64,000 nt of DNA from an uncultured Spirochaetota bacterium (GTDB taxonomy: Bacteria; Spirochaetota; Spirochaetia; SZUA-6; CAVTHK01), in the NCBI GenBank assembly GCA_963734495.1, contig CAVTHK010000009.1, positions 360,062 through 424,061 of the forward strand, in the 5' to 3' direction. Made by a program: the position numbers and the translations under genes. Numbering within the stretch: the first letter of the stretch is position 1; every line of letters starts with the position of its first letter. Below the pieces are notes generated by a model, which was not told the origin of the DNA, ran no database searches, and saw only the letters and a list, made by a program, of their open reading frames with translations. Positions 17,713 to 29,679 of this stretch are shown here, piece after piece.

Positions 17713-18751
17713 AGATACTACCATCTACCTGGGTAAATTGGCCGCCTGCAACTAAGTTGTTGCCATTCAACGCCAAAGACAGGACCACTCCATTTGTGCC
17801 GCCCATACTTGACCAGGAAACGCCATCCCAACGGGCAATATAGCTGTCAGGGTTCGTAAAAGAGCCACCTGCAAATACCTCTGTGCCACTGACCGCCAGG
17901 GCAAGGACGACTTCGCTGCCGCCGATACCCAACCCACCCCCCAATGCAGACCAGGAAGATCCGGTCCATTTGGCTATGTTCTGCGCGAACACGCTGCCGG
18001 CATGATCAAACGTACCGGCAACAAAAAGATTACCACTGCCGTCCATGGCAAGCGCCTGTACCACGCCGACGAATTTTCCACTGCTTGACAGGCCTGGAGT
18101 ACCGCCAACCAATGACCAGGTTTGGGCAACCAAATCCCAGCGGCCCAGGCTCCAGGCACTCTGACCATTCAGATCGTTGAAGCTGCCGCCGACATAAACC
18201 GACGTTCCACTGACCAGGATGGCGTAAACTTGCCCAAGGGCACCGCCTCCGAGGGCATACCACAGATGGGTAATCATGCTCCAGCGAGCGATATTATTTG
18301 CGGCGACACCGCCAGCCTGGCTGAACGATCCGCCGACATAAATATCGCTGCCACTCACTGCCATGGCATAAACCTGGCTGGCAGCCCCACCATTGGTCAC
18401 GCCATTGAGAAATCGTTTATCCCAATATTGATCCCCGACCTGCTGAGGCGCCAGCGGAGCGGTAAGCATGGCGTCGGGGGAAGGTTCAAAACGCGGACTA
18501 CCATCCGCGCCTGTATGCATCAACCAACCGCTGGCGTTAAAACTTCCTTGGGTGCCCATTTTTAATGAACCATCCGGGTTTAGTACGCCTGCAATAGTCG
18601 TTACAGGTGTTGCGGGGTTTCCATTTTGCCAATTTGCTGAGCTTTTTTGGAAAAGAAAAGATTGGACGGGATTGCCTGAAACAGGCTGGGTTAATGAAAA
18701 AAATAAGCTAATTACCATAACAATATTGAAGCGGAGGGTAGGATTCTTCAT
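17705..18751 (-). CDS. Secreted repeat/beta-propeller-like protein, C-terminally truncated at the junction
   Basis: Signal peptide; repeats of V.A.AVSG..(I/V)YVGGSF..AG.V.A.NIA(R/K)W...W.ALGGG. Confidence 0.75.
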   Translation of the reverse strand: MKNPTLRFNIVMVISLFFSLTQPVSGNPVQSFLFQKSSANWQNGNPATPVTTIAGVLNPDGSLKMGTQGSFNASGWLMHTGADGSPRFEPSPDAMLTAPLAPQQVGDQYWDKRFLNGVTNGGAASQVYAMAVSGSDIYVGGSFSQAGGVAANNIARWSMITHLWYALGGGALGQVYAILVSGTSVYVGGSFNDLNGQSAWSLGRWDLVAQTWSLVGGTPGLSSSGKFVGVVQALAMDGSGNLFVAGTFDHAGSVFAQNIAKWTGSSWSALGGGLGIGGSEVVLALAVSGTEVFAGGSFTNPDSYIARWDGVSWSSMGGTNGVVLSLALNGNNLVAGGQFTQVDGSISE

Positions 18752-18854
18752 GTGTGATTCCCCTTTGGCAAAGATATCGATGCATGCAATATTACTATTT
18801 TAAACATAAAAAATATCAATTTTATTCCATTTTTCTCCAATTGATTTTAAATAA

Positions 18855-18906
18855 AAACCTTGTCCAGAATGACTTCTAAAAATAATGCCATCCCTGGACA
18901 AGGTTT
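18855..18906 (-). terminator. Probable intrinsic terminator
   Basis: 13-bp inverted repeat AAACCTTGTCCAG/CTGGACAAGGTTT with a T-rich tail on the minus strand. Confidence 0.55.
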
Positions 18907-19005
18907 GTCGTAACCAGTCATATGAAATCTTTAAGTGATCGGTTTTAGCCGCTGTTGATCTCTTAAAAGATCATTTCACCAGATAATTGTATTTTGGGAA
19001 GACGA

Positions 19006-19464
19006 TTAAAAATTCTCGAGTAATTCCAAAACCAAGTTCAATTTTTGGCTGGCGTCCATATAGGTATACATTCCACCGGTGTACTGACCTTGCTGGACCA
19101 TGGGAATGCCTTTCGACTCCAGAACCTGAACCACTTTGCCGGTATCTTTTATCTGGAAAGCAATATGGTGAAATCCATCCCCATGATTGATCAACGCTTC
19201 TTTCCAGGTACTTGGCTCGCCAATCGGTTCAATCAGCTCCAGATCTACCTGACCGAGGTGAAAAAATGCCAGTTTTGCGCGGGCATAACTGGGTTGTCCG
19301 CAGGTACTCGGTCTTGGCGGCCTCATATTCATCTGTAATGATGACTTCGGGTCGCGGTAGTCCGAATACTTCGCAGTAGGCATCGATCGATTTTTCGATA
19401 TCTTTTACAACCAGGCCAATCTGGGTCACGATGTTTGTCCCAATCCTATCGGCTGTTCAGACAT
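19006..19464 (-). CDS. VOC/glyoxalase (methylmalonyl-CoA epimerase-like) protein, frameshifted
   Basis: TQIGLVVKDIE, LELIEP...GDGFHHIAF, LELLE across frames. Confidence 0.8.
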
Positions 19465-19493
19465 AGCTAAATCTCCTTTATTCTTACATGATC

Positions 19494-19543
19494 TTGGTGT
19501 GTTTTTTTTGTTTTTGCTTCGCAAAAACAAAAAAACACACCAA
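19494..19543. repeat. Long inverted repeat/hairpin
   Basis: TTGGTGTG-T8-G-T5-GC ttc GC-A5-C-A7-CACACCAA. Confidence 0.8.
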
Positions 19544-19593
19544 TTCGTTTTGCGTGGCCTACGTAAGTGCGGACGGCTTTTCTTGTTTTCCGA

Positions 19594-20187
19594 TCAATCG
19601 CGATTTACCCAACGGTCCAGGTTTTCAGGAAAATCATAGCTGCACAGGCGCTCTAAAAGTGATTCCGCGTTCTGGTCATGGATGAATAACATTTTATGTT
19701 CGGCGTAGATAAAGCCTTCTTCATGCGCGCGTTGAATCATCGCCAGGAGGGGATCGAAGTAATTGCGCACATTCAGCAGGCCCACCGGTTTGTGGTGAAG
19801 GCCAATTTGGGCCCAGGTCAAGCGTCTCAAATAATTCGTCGAATGTGCCATATCCTCCCGGCAGGGCGATAAATGCATCCGCCATGGCAGACATGCGCGC
19901 CTTACGGATCTGGATATCCGGTACGATTTCCAGCGAGGTCAATCCCGCATGGATCAGCTGAGGTGTATTGAGGTTTTCAGAGACAATTCCGATCACCTGA
20001 CCACCTGACTCCAGGACACCATCGGCGAGGGCGCCCATTAAGCCTGTTTTTCCCGCTCCGTAGACCAGATTGAATACCGGCATGGGCAAGCAAGGCGCCC
20101 ATTTCATAGGCGGCCTTATGATAATCCGGGTGAAGATGGTCGGCTGAACCACAGTACACGCAGATCGATATGAATAGATGTGCTCAT
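19594..20187 (-). CDS. LOG family (TIGR00730-like) nucleotide phosphoribohydrolase, frameshifted
   Basis: ICVYCGS, LVYGAG..GLMGA, RKARM...DAFIALPGGYGTFDEL. Confidence 0.88.
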
Positions 20188-20189
20188 CC

Positions 20190-20722
20190 TTATTTATAAA
20201 GCTCCGGATTTTTAAAAGGTACCAATGCCAGAATTACCGCCATTTCATAAAACTGCGCGCGATCGACGACGTCGCCGGTCAGGAGGCCAATCGCACCGTT
20301 TTCCTGTTTGGAGTTCGAGCGGTTGAAAACGATATCATCCGCCGCACCGAGCTCATGCCCTCGACGCACCAATTGGGCGACCCGGGGGGAAGAAAAAATG
20401 TCCCGGTTCGTCCTTTGCCAATCTGGTCTTCTGGATTGGATCACTACCCAGGCGAACGCTGCCAGTTCAGCCTGGCTTTCTTCAATGCCACCTTCGATCC
20501 CGACCCAGAAATCTGCATCTGGTACGGCTCGAGCTGCATTTGAGGCCCGGTTGCCGGCGCCGAGCAGGGTTTCATCGGAAGAGAAAGGCTGGTCCGGTAC
20601 TTCAGATGGAACACTGATCAGTCTGGATTTGAAAGCTGTTCGACCGGATACATGCGCTGGAAACCAGCAAGCGCGGCCTGAGATTTGACTGGATTACGGG
20701 AGGCGATAACAATTTTCTTCAT
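20190..20722 (-). CDS. yjjX: Inosine/xanthosine triphosphatase (YjjX/DUF84), frameshifted
   Basis: MKKIVIASRNPVK start, GIEGG, NSKQENGAIGLLT...R..FY..AVILALVPF. Confidence 0.8.
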
Positions 20723-22014
20723 GCAAGCCAATTATATCTGGATTCGTCTGGATCAAGGCTTCCAGGTAATGGGATTTCATCTGGCGAGAAGCCATGACTT
20801 GCTTGATGGGGGGCAGGCGCAGGATAACCCCCAGGATAGCCGCCATGGCGCGGTGATTCCACATGGCGTGCTGATCGAAAATCAGGTTCTGCAGATCGCC
20901 GCGTTCGACTGCCATGACAACTACCCGGTGGACAGAGTTGAGCGGAGTAAGCACTCTTTCAGGTCGTGGATTTCAAACTGATGCCGTGCGATGGACAGCT
21001 GCGTACACAAACACCGCATCCCAGGCACATTTCTTCATCAAGTTTGGCTTTTTTCCGGTTGGGATGGTGGGCATCATTGGCCGAGACCAGGGTCATCGCT
21101 TCGACCGGGCAGGCAGCCGCGCATTTTCCACAGCCATTGCAATCCGCATCGGAAATTTGCGGGATGAAATTGGTGGTATGGACCGGATGGAGAAGCCCAA
21201 AACGGCGTTGGGCGATCATCGCTTCACAGCAGCAACCGCAGCAGTTACAAATAAAATTGACACCCTGGCGGACATTTTCACCAAACTGCACCAGATTATT
21301 CTCAATTGCTTGCTGCAGCAAATCCAGGCCTTCCTGGATATCGACTGCGCGGGCAAATCCGTGCCGGATTAACGAATCGGCACTGCCATTAAAGGTCATG
21401 CAGATGTCCATCGGCGCTTTGCAGGCGCGGTCCATATGTTCCATTTTGTGGCGGCAGTAGCAGACACCAATGCCGCGATGAGTGGCGGAGCGAATCACTT
21501 CGCTGGATCGCTCATAATCTAACACATGCAGACTGTTCTCGGGAGTGAGCACCTGTTCGTTCACGAAGGTCCGGCCGAGTTGTGTTTCGCCGTTGGTGAA
21601 CAGGCTGCGGATAAAATCCTCTTCAACATTCATATATTGATAGAACAGCTCCCCCAATACTTTCTGATCGATATCACCGCGCAGCCGCATCATGGAAAAT
21701 TCAAAGAAACCTGCCATGGGCGGGGGAAGGGTATAAGAGATCTCGCCGTTTTGTTCGGCGTCCACCAGGATCGCCCGGCTGGCAAGCCCATCCAGCACAT
21801 TCTGGGCTGCTAACAAATCAACCTGCCAGATCCTGGCTGCCTCGCGCGCGGTGAAGGGTTTGATCGGCAGCAGCGCCACCAGGCGAGCTTCCTTCTCGCT
21901 AAAGAGAATCTGTAAGATCTTATACAGGGTTTCCGATGGAGGAGCTCCCTGCGGAAAACGGTTCAGGCGGTCGATCAAAGCGGCATAACCGGATTTCATT
22001 ACCTCGTGAGCCAT
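20694..22014 (-). CDS. 4Fe-4S dicluster domain protein; frameshift near 20958
   Basis: CYCRH, CNCCGCCC, CNGCGKC..ACP, CLGCGVC.RSCP; C-terminus continues in ORF 20694-20954. Confidence 0.85.
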
Positions 22015-22055
22015 ACAATATTCTCCAATGTAGGGGATTTAATGAAAATAGCAAT

Positions 22056-22752
22056 TCATGACCTCAGTGAATAATCCACTGCTGCCAGAGCATGAACGCG
22101 GGTGGTGTCAAAAACAGGCACCGGAGAGTCAGCCGGGCCGATTAACATGCCTATTTCTGTGCAACCTAAAATAATCCCTTGCGCGCCTTGATCCACCAGT
22201 TTCTGGATGATGTCGATGTAGACCTGGCGAGATTGAGGTCGGATGATTCCCTGGACCAATTCGTCATAAATCACCCGGTGGATAATCACGCGGTCCTCCG
22301 CAGGTGGAGTGAGGACGGATAAACCATATACATCACGCAGACGTCCCCTGGTAAAAATCCTGTTCCATGGTAAATCGAGTGCCCAACAAACCGATCTTCG
22401 TCAGACCTTGGGCGCAGATCATCTGAGCCGTGGCATCGGCAATATGTAAAAATGGCAGGGCGACTTCCTGCTGGATCGTGTCAGCAACGATGTGCATGGT
22501 ATTTGTGCATAAAACGAGGCATTCAGCGCCTGCCCGTTGGCATTGCCGTCCGGCTGCGACCATCACCTTGCCGGCTTCTTGCCAACGATCTTCATGCTGC
22601 AGGGTCTCAATTTCGCTAAAATCGACGGATACCAGCACGCATTTTGCTGAATGGAAGCCCCCCAATCGCCGGTGGACTTCCTCGTTGATCAGTCGGTAAT
22701 ACTCAACCGTGGATTCCCAGCTCATTCCGCCAATCAGGCCAATCGTTTTCAT
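22056..22752 (-). CDS. Aspartate/glutamate racemase family protein, frameshifted
   Basis: IGLIGGMSWEST, CTNTMH, LGCTEI, FDTT.VHA. Confidence 0.92.
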
Positions 22753-23385
22753 CCATCACTCCTTTCAACAGGTTTTTTCTCCAGGGGAGAAATAATGAAC
22801 CGGCAGGCTGTTACCGGTGAATTCCGGATCAATGTGCTGGGTTGAATGCTGGCGTTCAAATTTGACTCAAGGATCGACGCGTCCATCGCACACAGTTCGG
22901 GATGGATTTGTATGATTTGACCATAAGGGCAATTGCGAAAGACTACTTGCGGCCCTTCGGCGTGAGCCTCCCAACGAGCCTGGTATTTTCTGGCCGATAA
23001 TTCTTTCACCAAACGGTTCAGGCGCGCCGTGAGCGAGGATGCGCCCGGCTGGATGAAGAGAATATGCCGACCGAGATCAACGAGTTCTTTCTATCGAAAG
23101 CGCGGATCCCGACGCCTCATTGACGAACAAGCGCAGCATCGCATCTGCCAGCAGGGCCAGATTTTCAGGTTTTTCTTGGGTGGCAAGTGCGTAATAGGTT
23201 CTTGGCCTGCCGCGGTCGTGTTTATTTTTAGGGACACTCACGGGTGTGATCACCCCAGCCAGCTCCATCCGTTTCAGATGGTATTGGATATTGGCGCGCG
23301 TGGTGGAAAGAAGCTGGCTCAGCTCTTCGGCGCTGGTATAAGGATGATTTTCGAGGTAATCCAGAATTTCCTGGCGGGTGTTCAT
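22749..23385 (-). CDS. wHTH transcriptional regulator with a Cys-containing C-domain (SufR-like), frameshifted
   Basis: ILDYL...AEELS...ANIQYHLKRME...GRP; NCPY...HPELC...C. Confidence 0.7.
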
Positions 23386-23512
23386 TTAACTATTATATTC
23401 CGTAAGGCAGATTTAGCAAGGAAAAATTTGCTAAAAGCGAACTTGACACCTGGTGGAGCGGTGCTACAATTGGATCAACCCTACCGATCTAGACAAGAAA
23501 GGCGGTGCGACT

Positions 23513-24168
23513 GTGACCCCAGATGATTTGAACCTGCCAGGGGTTGATGTATCCCCAGAATTACGTCAACAAGTAACCCTCACCACACTGGACCGGATCT
23601 ATAACTGGAGCCGGCGAAATTCTGTCTGGCCGATGATGTTCGGCCTGGCCTGCTGCGCGATCGAAATGATCTGCACGGCTGCCAGCCGCTATGATTTTTC
23701 TCGGTTTGGCATGGAAGTGATGCGACCCAGCCCGCGCCAGGCAGATGTGATGATCGTCTCTGGCACGGTGACCAAAGAAGATGATGCCGCAAATTGTGCG
23801 GCTTGTACAACCAGATGCGCGAGCCAAAATATGTGGTGGCGATGGGCGCCTGCGCTTCAGGCGGTGGACCATTTAAAGAAGGATATAACGTGGTTTCCGG
23901 GGTGGATAAATATATCCCGGTGGATGTTTATATACCGGGCTGCCCACCTACCCCCCAGTCGTTGCTCAACGGTTTGATTACCTTACAAAAGAAAATCGAC
24001 ACAGAAACGATTAAAAAGGTACGCTGGTATCAAAAGGGACCTACTGGCGGATATTCCGGTTCCCGTATTAGGTCCCGATTTGATGGACCCAGCCAAATAT
24101 GCCTTGATCAAGCAGGCTTCGGCAGCGAAAACCGAAGCTGTCATGACGATGAGACCGGAAAGGAATAG
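23513..24168 (+). CDS. nuoB: NADH-quinone oxidoreductase subunit B, frameshifted
   Basis: [35 protein letters not shown]. Confidence 0.93.
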
Positions 24169-24172
24169 GGCC

Positions 24173-25911
24173 ATGAGCGAGCAAACGATCTCTCCAGCGG
24201 TTGCGACCTGGTTACTCGATTCCCGGATTGGGTGCTGCCTGATAGCCGCCCGGTTATCAGGGCTATCTCGTGAAACCGCGAGCACCTGATAGAAGTTGCC
24301 CAGGCTGTGCGGGATGAATTGGGCTACGATTACCTTTCTTCCGTCACCGGGGTGGATTTCTTCCCGGCAGATCTGATGGAAGTGGTTTATCATGTCTATA
24401 AAACAACCGGTGGTCCGGCGCTGGTATTCAAAGCGCAAACGAACCGCGCAAAGTCGTCAGTCCCATCCTTGGTATCGGTTTAGCCGGGGGCAGAATTCCA
24501 GGAGCGAGAAGCCTGGGATTTGCTGGGAATACACTTCGATGGCCATCCTGACTTACGCCGGATCTTGATGTGGGAAGGCTTTGCCGGACATCCGCTGCGC
24601 AAGGATTGGAAAGAACCCTATTTTGAAGAGGAAGTCAAGCCTTTCAAAAGCCGCTGGCCGGATGGGCACGTTTCTCGCGTGGAAGACAAAAATCCATTTG
24701 GCGACAATATCCAATATCCGAGGATTTCGATCCGCAGGATTGGGTGACCGATCCGGACCAATCTCTGTATGACCTGCTCAAGAAATACCTAGCAGACAGA
24801 AGGAGATATTAAAACCGACCGGATAATTGTCAATCTGGGCCCACAGCATCCATCGACCCACGGTGTCTTCCGCATGGTGGTGGTGATGGAAGGGGAGACG
24901 ATCGTCGAGCTCAAGCCGGTGATGGGATATCTGCACCGCAACCATGAAAAGATCGGCGAACGCAATACCTTATCTGCAGAATATGCCCTTTACCGACCGC
25001 CTGGATTACATCTCTTCGATGAGCAATAACTTCGGTTATGTGCTGGCGGTTGAAAAACTGATGAATATCAAACCGCCAGAACGGGCGGAATATATTCGGG
25101 TGATGATGGCAGAGTTTACCCGGATCAGCAGCCATATCATGTCGATCGGTTTCTTGCTGAATGATCTGGGCGCTTTCTTTACCCCGGTCTTGTATGCACT
25201 CGAAGAACGGGAATTGATCCTGGATATCTTCGAAGCCGTCTCCGGTTCGCGGATGATGTGCAATTATTTCCGCTTTGGTGGGGTGGCCCGTGATCTGCCG
25301 AAGGGGTTCTCGCCAAGGCGAAAGAACTGGTCTTCGATCGACTGCCGCGCAAGATCGATGAGCTGGATACCTACCTGACCGAGAATGAAATTGTGCGCAC
25401 TCGCTGTGAGGATGTGGGTATTTTGACCGCTGAGCAGGCAATTGCCTTTTCCTGCGCCGGGCCCATGCTGCGCGCATCGGGCGTGCCTTACGATGTACGC
25501 CGGGCAGATCCATACAGTATTTATGACCGGCTGGATTTTGATGTGATCACCGGCACCAAGGCGATGTTTACGACCGGTACCTGGTGCGGATGGAGGAAAT
25601 CCGCCAAAGTATCGAAGATTCTGAAACAAGTGCGTGCGCGATATTCCGGACGGCCCGATTCTGACCGGAAAACCGCCTTACCAGGTGCGTGTCCCGGCAG
25701 GCGAATCCTATGGACGGGTGGAAGGACCAAAAGGCGAATTGGGCTTTTATGTGATTTCCAACGGAAAACCCAATCCGGTACGCTACCATGTGCGCGCGCC
25801 TTCGTTTATCAACCTGACCAGCCTGGCCGAATGTGCCGCGGTGGTAAGGTCGCGGATGTGGTGGTTGTCCTGGGTTCGATCGATATCGTCCTGGGCGAAG
25901 TCGACCGGTAA
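24173..25911 (+). CDS. nuoD: NADH-quinone oxidoreductase subunit C/D (probably fused); several frameshifts and one in-frame TAG
   Basis: [67 protein letters not shown]. Confidence 0.88.
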
Positions 25912-25932
25912 GCGGCGGAAGGGAGCACAAGA

Positions 25933-26555
25933 ATGGACGGTTTTGGGATCATCAAAGGTCTGGGTGTTACGTTACGCACTTTCTCAACACCTATCTGGAA
26001 GATCTGCGCATGGGCAGAAAGCGTTACAATACCCGCAAGGGATCGATTTTCGCAGCAGCGTGAGACGTGACAAGGGATTTTCACCATCCAATATCCGGAA
26101 GAAAAGATGCCCATCCCGGAGGAATTTCGTTTTATCCCATTCCTGGTGTATGAACGAGGGCCAAATGGAGAGAAGAACCAACGCTGCACCTCCTGCGGGA
26201 TTTGCGCCAAGGTTTGCCCGCCGCAGTGCATCTGGATTTTCCGAGCCAACGATCCGGTGACCGGGCGGCCGGTTCCATCGCCGGCGGAGTTCTACATCGA
26301 TATGGATATCTGCATGAACTGCGGCATGTGCGCGGAATACTGTCCTTTGATGCGATCAAGATGGATCACGATTATGAGATCGCTTCTTACGACCGGCTGA
26401 CTCACAATATTTATGATATGGATAAGTTATCCAAACCCGTTTCTTATTACGCCCAGATCCGGCCGGTGAATTATAAACGGGAAGAAACCGCCCGAGCCGA
26501 AAAAGAAGCGGCCAAAGCGGCTGGCAAGCGGGCCGGTTCAGAAACAGCGGTATAG
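25933..26555 (+). CDS. nuoI: NADH-quinone oxidoreductase subunit I, frameshifted
   Basis: [31 protein letters not shown]. Confidence 0.88.
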
Positions 26556-26566
26556 CAGGAAAATCG

Positions 26567-26930
26567 ATGTATAATTCGGACACTGAATTGTTGTTTCCAC
26601 TACGGGTTGTTCCAGCCCTGGCAGCCATGCGCGGACGCTGAATTTCAAAGTGCTGTTGGACCAGGTGTCCGCGCACCTCAGGCTGGGCTAGCTGACCAGA
26701 TGGCTTTTGTGTTGATGATGGTTCGACTGGATGGCTGCGTGGGCTGCAATGCGGATTCGTTCCGCGCGATGAAAGGATGCACGCAGTGCGCCCGGCAGAA
26801 TATCAAACGTTTCCGCGGCAGCGATGCGGAACTGGTTGAACTGTACCAACAGACCCGTAAGGAAGTTGGAACTGTACCTGGAAAAGAAAAACCAGGCCAT
26901 TTAATGTTATTGGGTAAGAAAGGGTTGTAA
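26567..26930 (+). CDS. Conserved hypothetical protein with two CxxC motifs, frameshifted
   Basis: MYNSDTELLFP...GCVGCNADSFRAMKGCTQCA. Confidence 0.6.
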
Positions 26931-28005
26931 TGGGTAATTTAATCAATCAGCCGGGAATCCATCCTGGCAGCCCTATCCAAAGTGCAGGAACCTGAATTAC
27001 ATCAAGATCTCGTCACCTTGAACATGATCCAGAATCTTGAAATCCAGGGCGGAAATGTCAGTTTTACGATCCAGCTGACCACCCCGGCCTGTCCGCTGCG
27101 CGGCAGGATCGAAAAAGAAGCCCGGCAGGCGGTTATGGCTGTGCCGGGTGTCGAAAATGTCGGGTCAAAATGGATGCTAACGTGCGCTCAGATGGCCGCC
27201 CGCGCGGATTGTTGAAACTGCCGGTGCGCAACGCCGTCGCGATTGCATCCGGTAAAGGCGGGGTGGGAAAAGCACCGTCGCGGTCAACGTGGCGGTCGCC
27301 CTGGCGCAGAGCGGCGCCACGGTGGGGCTACTGGACGCCGATATCTACGGGCCCAATGTGCCGACGATGATGGGCGTCGAGCCGTCTGCCTTGCCTGAAG
27401 ATAATAAGCTGATCCCAGCCGAAGCCTTATGGCGTGAAGTTGATGTCGATCGGTTTTCTGGTGAAACCCGGACAGCCGTTGATCTGGCGCGGACCGATGC
27501 TGCATTCAGCCATCCGCCAGTTCCTGGCAGATGTGCGCTGGGGCGAGCTGGATTACCTGATCATCGACCTGCCGCCGGGTACCGGCGATGCCCAGCTCAG
27601 CCTGGCGCAGTCGGTCCCATTCAGCGGCGGGGTGATCGTCACCTTGCCCCAGCAGGTTTCGCTGGAAGATGCCACCCGCGGGCTGGAAATGTTCCGCCAG
27701 CTGAACGTGCCGATCCTGGGGGTGGTTGAAAACATGAGCTATCTCGAACTGCCGGACGGCACCCGCATGGATGTGTTTGGCAACGGCGGCGGTGAACGCA
27801 TGGCGCTGAAGCGGGCGTGCCCTTTATCGGGGCAATCCCGATGGATCCAGCCGTGCGGGTCGGCGGAGATGAGGGCGTCCCGATCGTGGTCAGCGCAGCC
27901 CGACTCTGCCGCCGCCAGGGCACTGGTTGCTGTGCACAAGATATCGCTGCAAAGCTGAGCGTGGCCGCTTTCAAGGCAGCTCAGGCATACCGATTAATAT
28001 CATAG
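26930..28005 (+). CDS. apbC: Mrp/NBP35 (ApbC) Fe-S cluster carrier ATPase, frameshifted
   Basis: [42 protein letters not shown]. Confidence 0.9.
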
Positions 28006-28006
28006 G

Positions 28007-28894
28007 ATGAATGTGATGATACCTGGAGACTCAACCCAATGTCGTAGGGGTTCGGTTCTCGAAGATTGGCAAGGTCTATCATTTTGACGCGGGCAAGCTG
28101 CGCGATCTGCGAACATGGCGATTCGGTCATCGTGGAAACCAGCCGCGGCTGGCAGTTGGGCCAGGTGGCCCAGGTGGTTGAACACCCAACGCCGCCTCCG
28201 GAAGGAGCTGGAAACCGATCGACCGGCGCGCAACCCCGCGCGACCTGCTGCTGCGCCAGATCTGGCAGCGCCGGGAAGCGGACGTGGTGATTATCTGCAA
28301 ACAGCAAGCCAACCAAATCGGGCTGGTCGGGGATCAAAATCATCGCGGCTGAATACAGCTTTGACGGTTCGCGGCTGGCGATCATGTTCAGCAGCGAGAA
28401 CCGAGGATAAGGTCGATCTAAAATCGCTGCGTTCCGACATGCAGAAGCAATTTGCCCCATCCCAGGTCGAAATGCGCCAGATCGGCCCGCGCGATGTGGC
28501 CAAAATGATGGGCGGGATGGGCGCCTGCGGCCTGGAAATGCGCTGCTGTTCGCAATTCCTGACCGATTTCAGCTCGATCTCGATCAACATGGCCAAAGAG
28601 CAGGGCATTTCTCTGACCCCGACCGAAATCACCGGGATGTGCGGACGGCTGCGCTGCTGCCTGATTTATGAATACGATCAATACGTCGAGGCGCGCCAGC
28701 AACTGCCCAAGCGGAACAAGCGGGTGAAGACACCCCAGGGTGAAGGCAAAGTCGTGGATGTATTCCCTTTACGCCAGGGGGTGCTGGTTGATCTGCCTGA
28801 AATTGGCTACCGTGAATTTACCAAGGAAGAGATTGAACCGGCCGATGAACTGGATAACCTGATGAAAAAAGCCCAGGCGCCATGCGGCAGATGA
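28007..28894 (+). CDS. PSP1/RicT (YaaT) family protein, frameshifted
   Basis: RQIGPRD.AK..GG.GACG...CC, MAKEQ, ITGMCGRLRCCL.YE. Confidence 0.88.
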
Positions 28895-28951
28895 TCCTAA
28901 CTGCGCAGGATGCAACGATTCAGAGAAGAAAGGGAACGGAATAATATTCGT

Positions 28952-29677
28952 ATGGCTGAGACGATTGAAAATTGGGAAGGGAAGAAGAAGATCCTGGTCA
29001 TCCTGGCTCATCCGGATGACCCGGAATTTTTTTGTGGAGCGACCATCCGGCGTTGGACCCAGCAGGGCCACGAGGTGCGCTACTGCCTGCTGACCCGCGG
29101 CGATAAAGGCTCGAATGACCGAAATGTGCGCTCGTTTGACCTGGCGCTGCAGCGCGAAGGAGAACAAGAAGCGGCTGCCAGGGAAGTCGGGGTGAAATCG
29201 GTGCGCTTTCTTGATTATGAAGATGGCTGCCTGGTTCCAACCATGGAAACGCGCAAACGGGTTACCCGGATTATCCGCGAGGAACGTCCGGATATCGTGG
29301 TATCTTGCGATCCGACGAACATCTTCCCAAATGAGGCTTCGATCAACCATCCGGATCACCGGGCAGCCGGACAGATCGTGGTGGATGCGATTTTCCCGGC
29401 GACCGGAAATCCGCTTTATTTTCCGGAGCTTCTATTGGAAGGCCTGGAACCGCATTCGGTGAAGGAAGTCTGGTTGTCGGTTACCTCGCAGCCCAACGTG
29501 GTGATCGATGTCACCACGACCTGGGAGGACAAAATCCGGGCACTGAAGCAGCACCACAGCCAGATCGGCGAGCCGGCGAAATTGGAAGAACGGATGCGCG
29601 GTCGATGGGCGCCCGACAGCACCCCTGAAGCCCCGCGTTACGAAGAAAAATTCAGACGGTTCGTTTTCGGACGGTAG
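28952..29677 (+). CDS. PIG-L family deacetylase
   Basis: AHPDD, TRGDKG, HPDH. Confidence 0.92.
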   Translation: MAETIENWEGKKKILVILAHPDDPEFFCGATIRRWTQQGHEVRYCLLTRGDKGSNDRNVRSFDLALQREGEQEAAAREVGVKSVRFLDYEDGCLVPTMETRKRVTRIIREERPDIVVSCDPTNIFPNEASINHPDHRAAGQIVVDAIFPATGNPLYFPELLLEGLEPHSVKEVWLSVTSQPNVVIDVTTTWEDKIRALKQHHSQIGEPAKLEERMRGRWAPDSTPEAPRYEEKFRRFVFGR

Positions 29678-29679
29678 GA

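Noticed and set aside
24481-24483. In-frame TAG in nuoC/D as possible pyrrolysine or recoding
   Set aside because: Isolated case at a position where Tyr (TAC/TAT) fits; no pyl genes seen; the region is error-rich
24173-25911. Group 4 [NiFe]-hydrogenase large subunit
   Set aside because: No N- or C-terminal CxxC nickel ligands; complex I-type ending DIVLGEVDR
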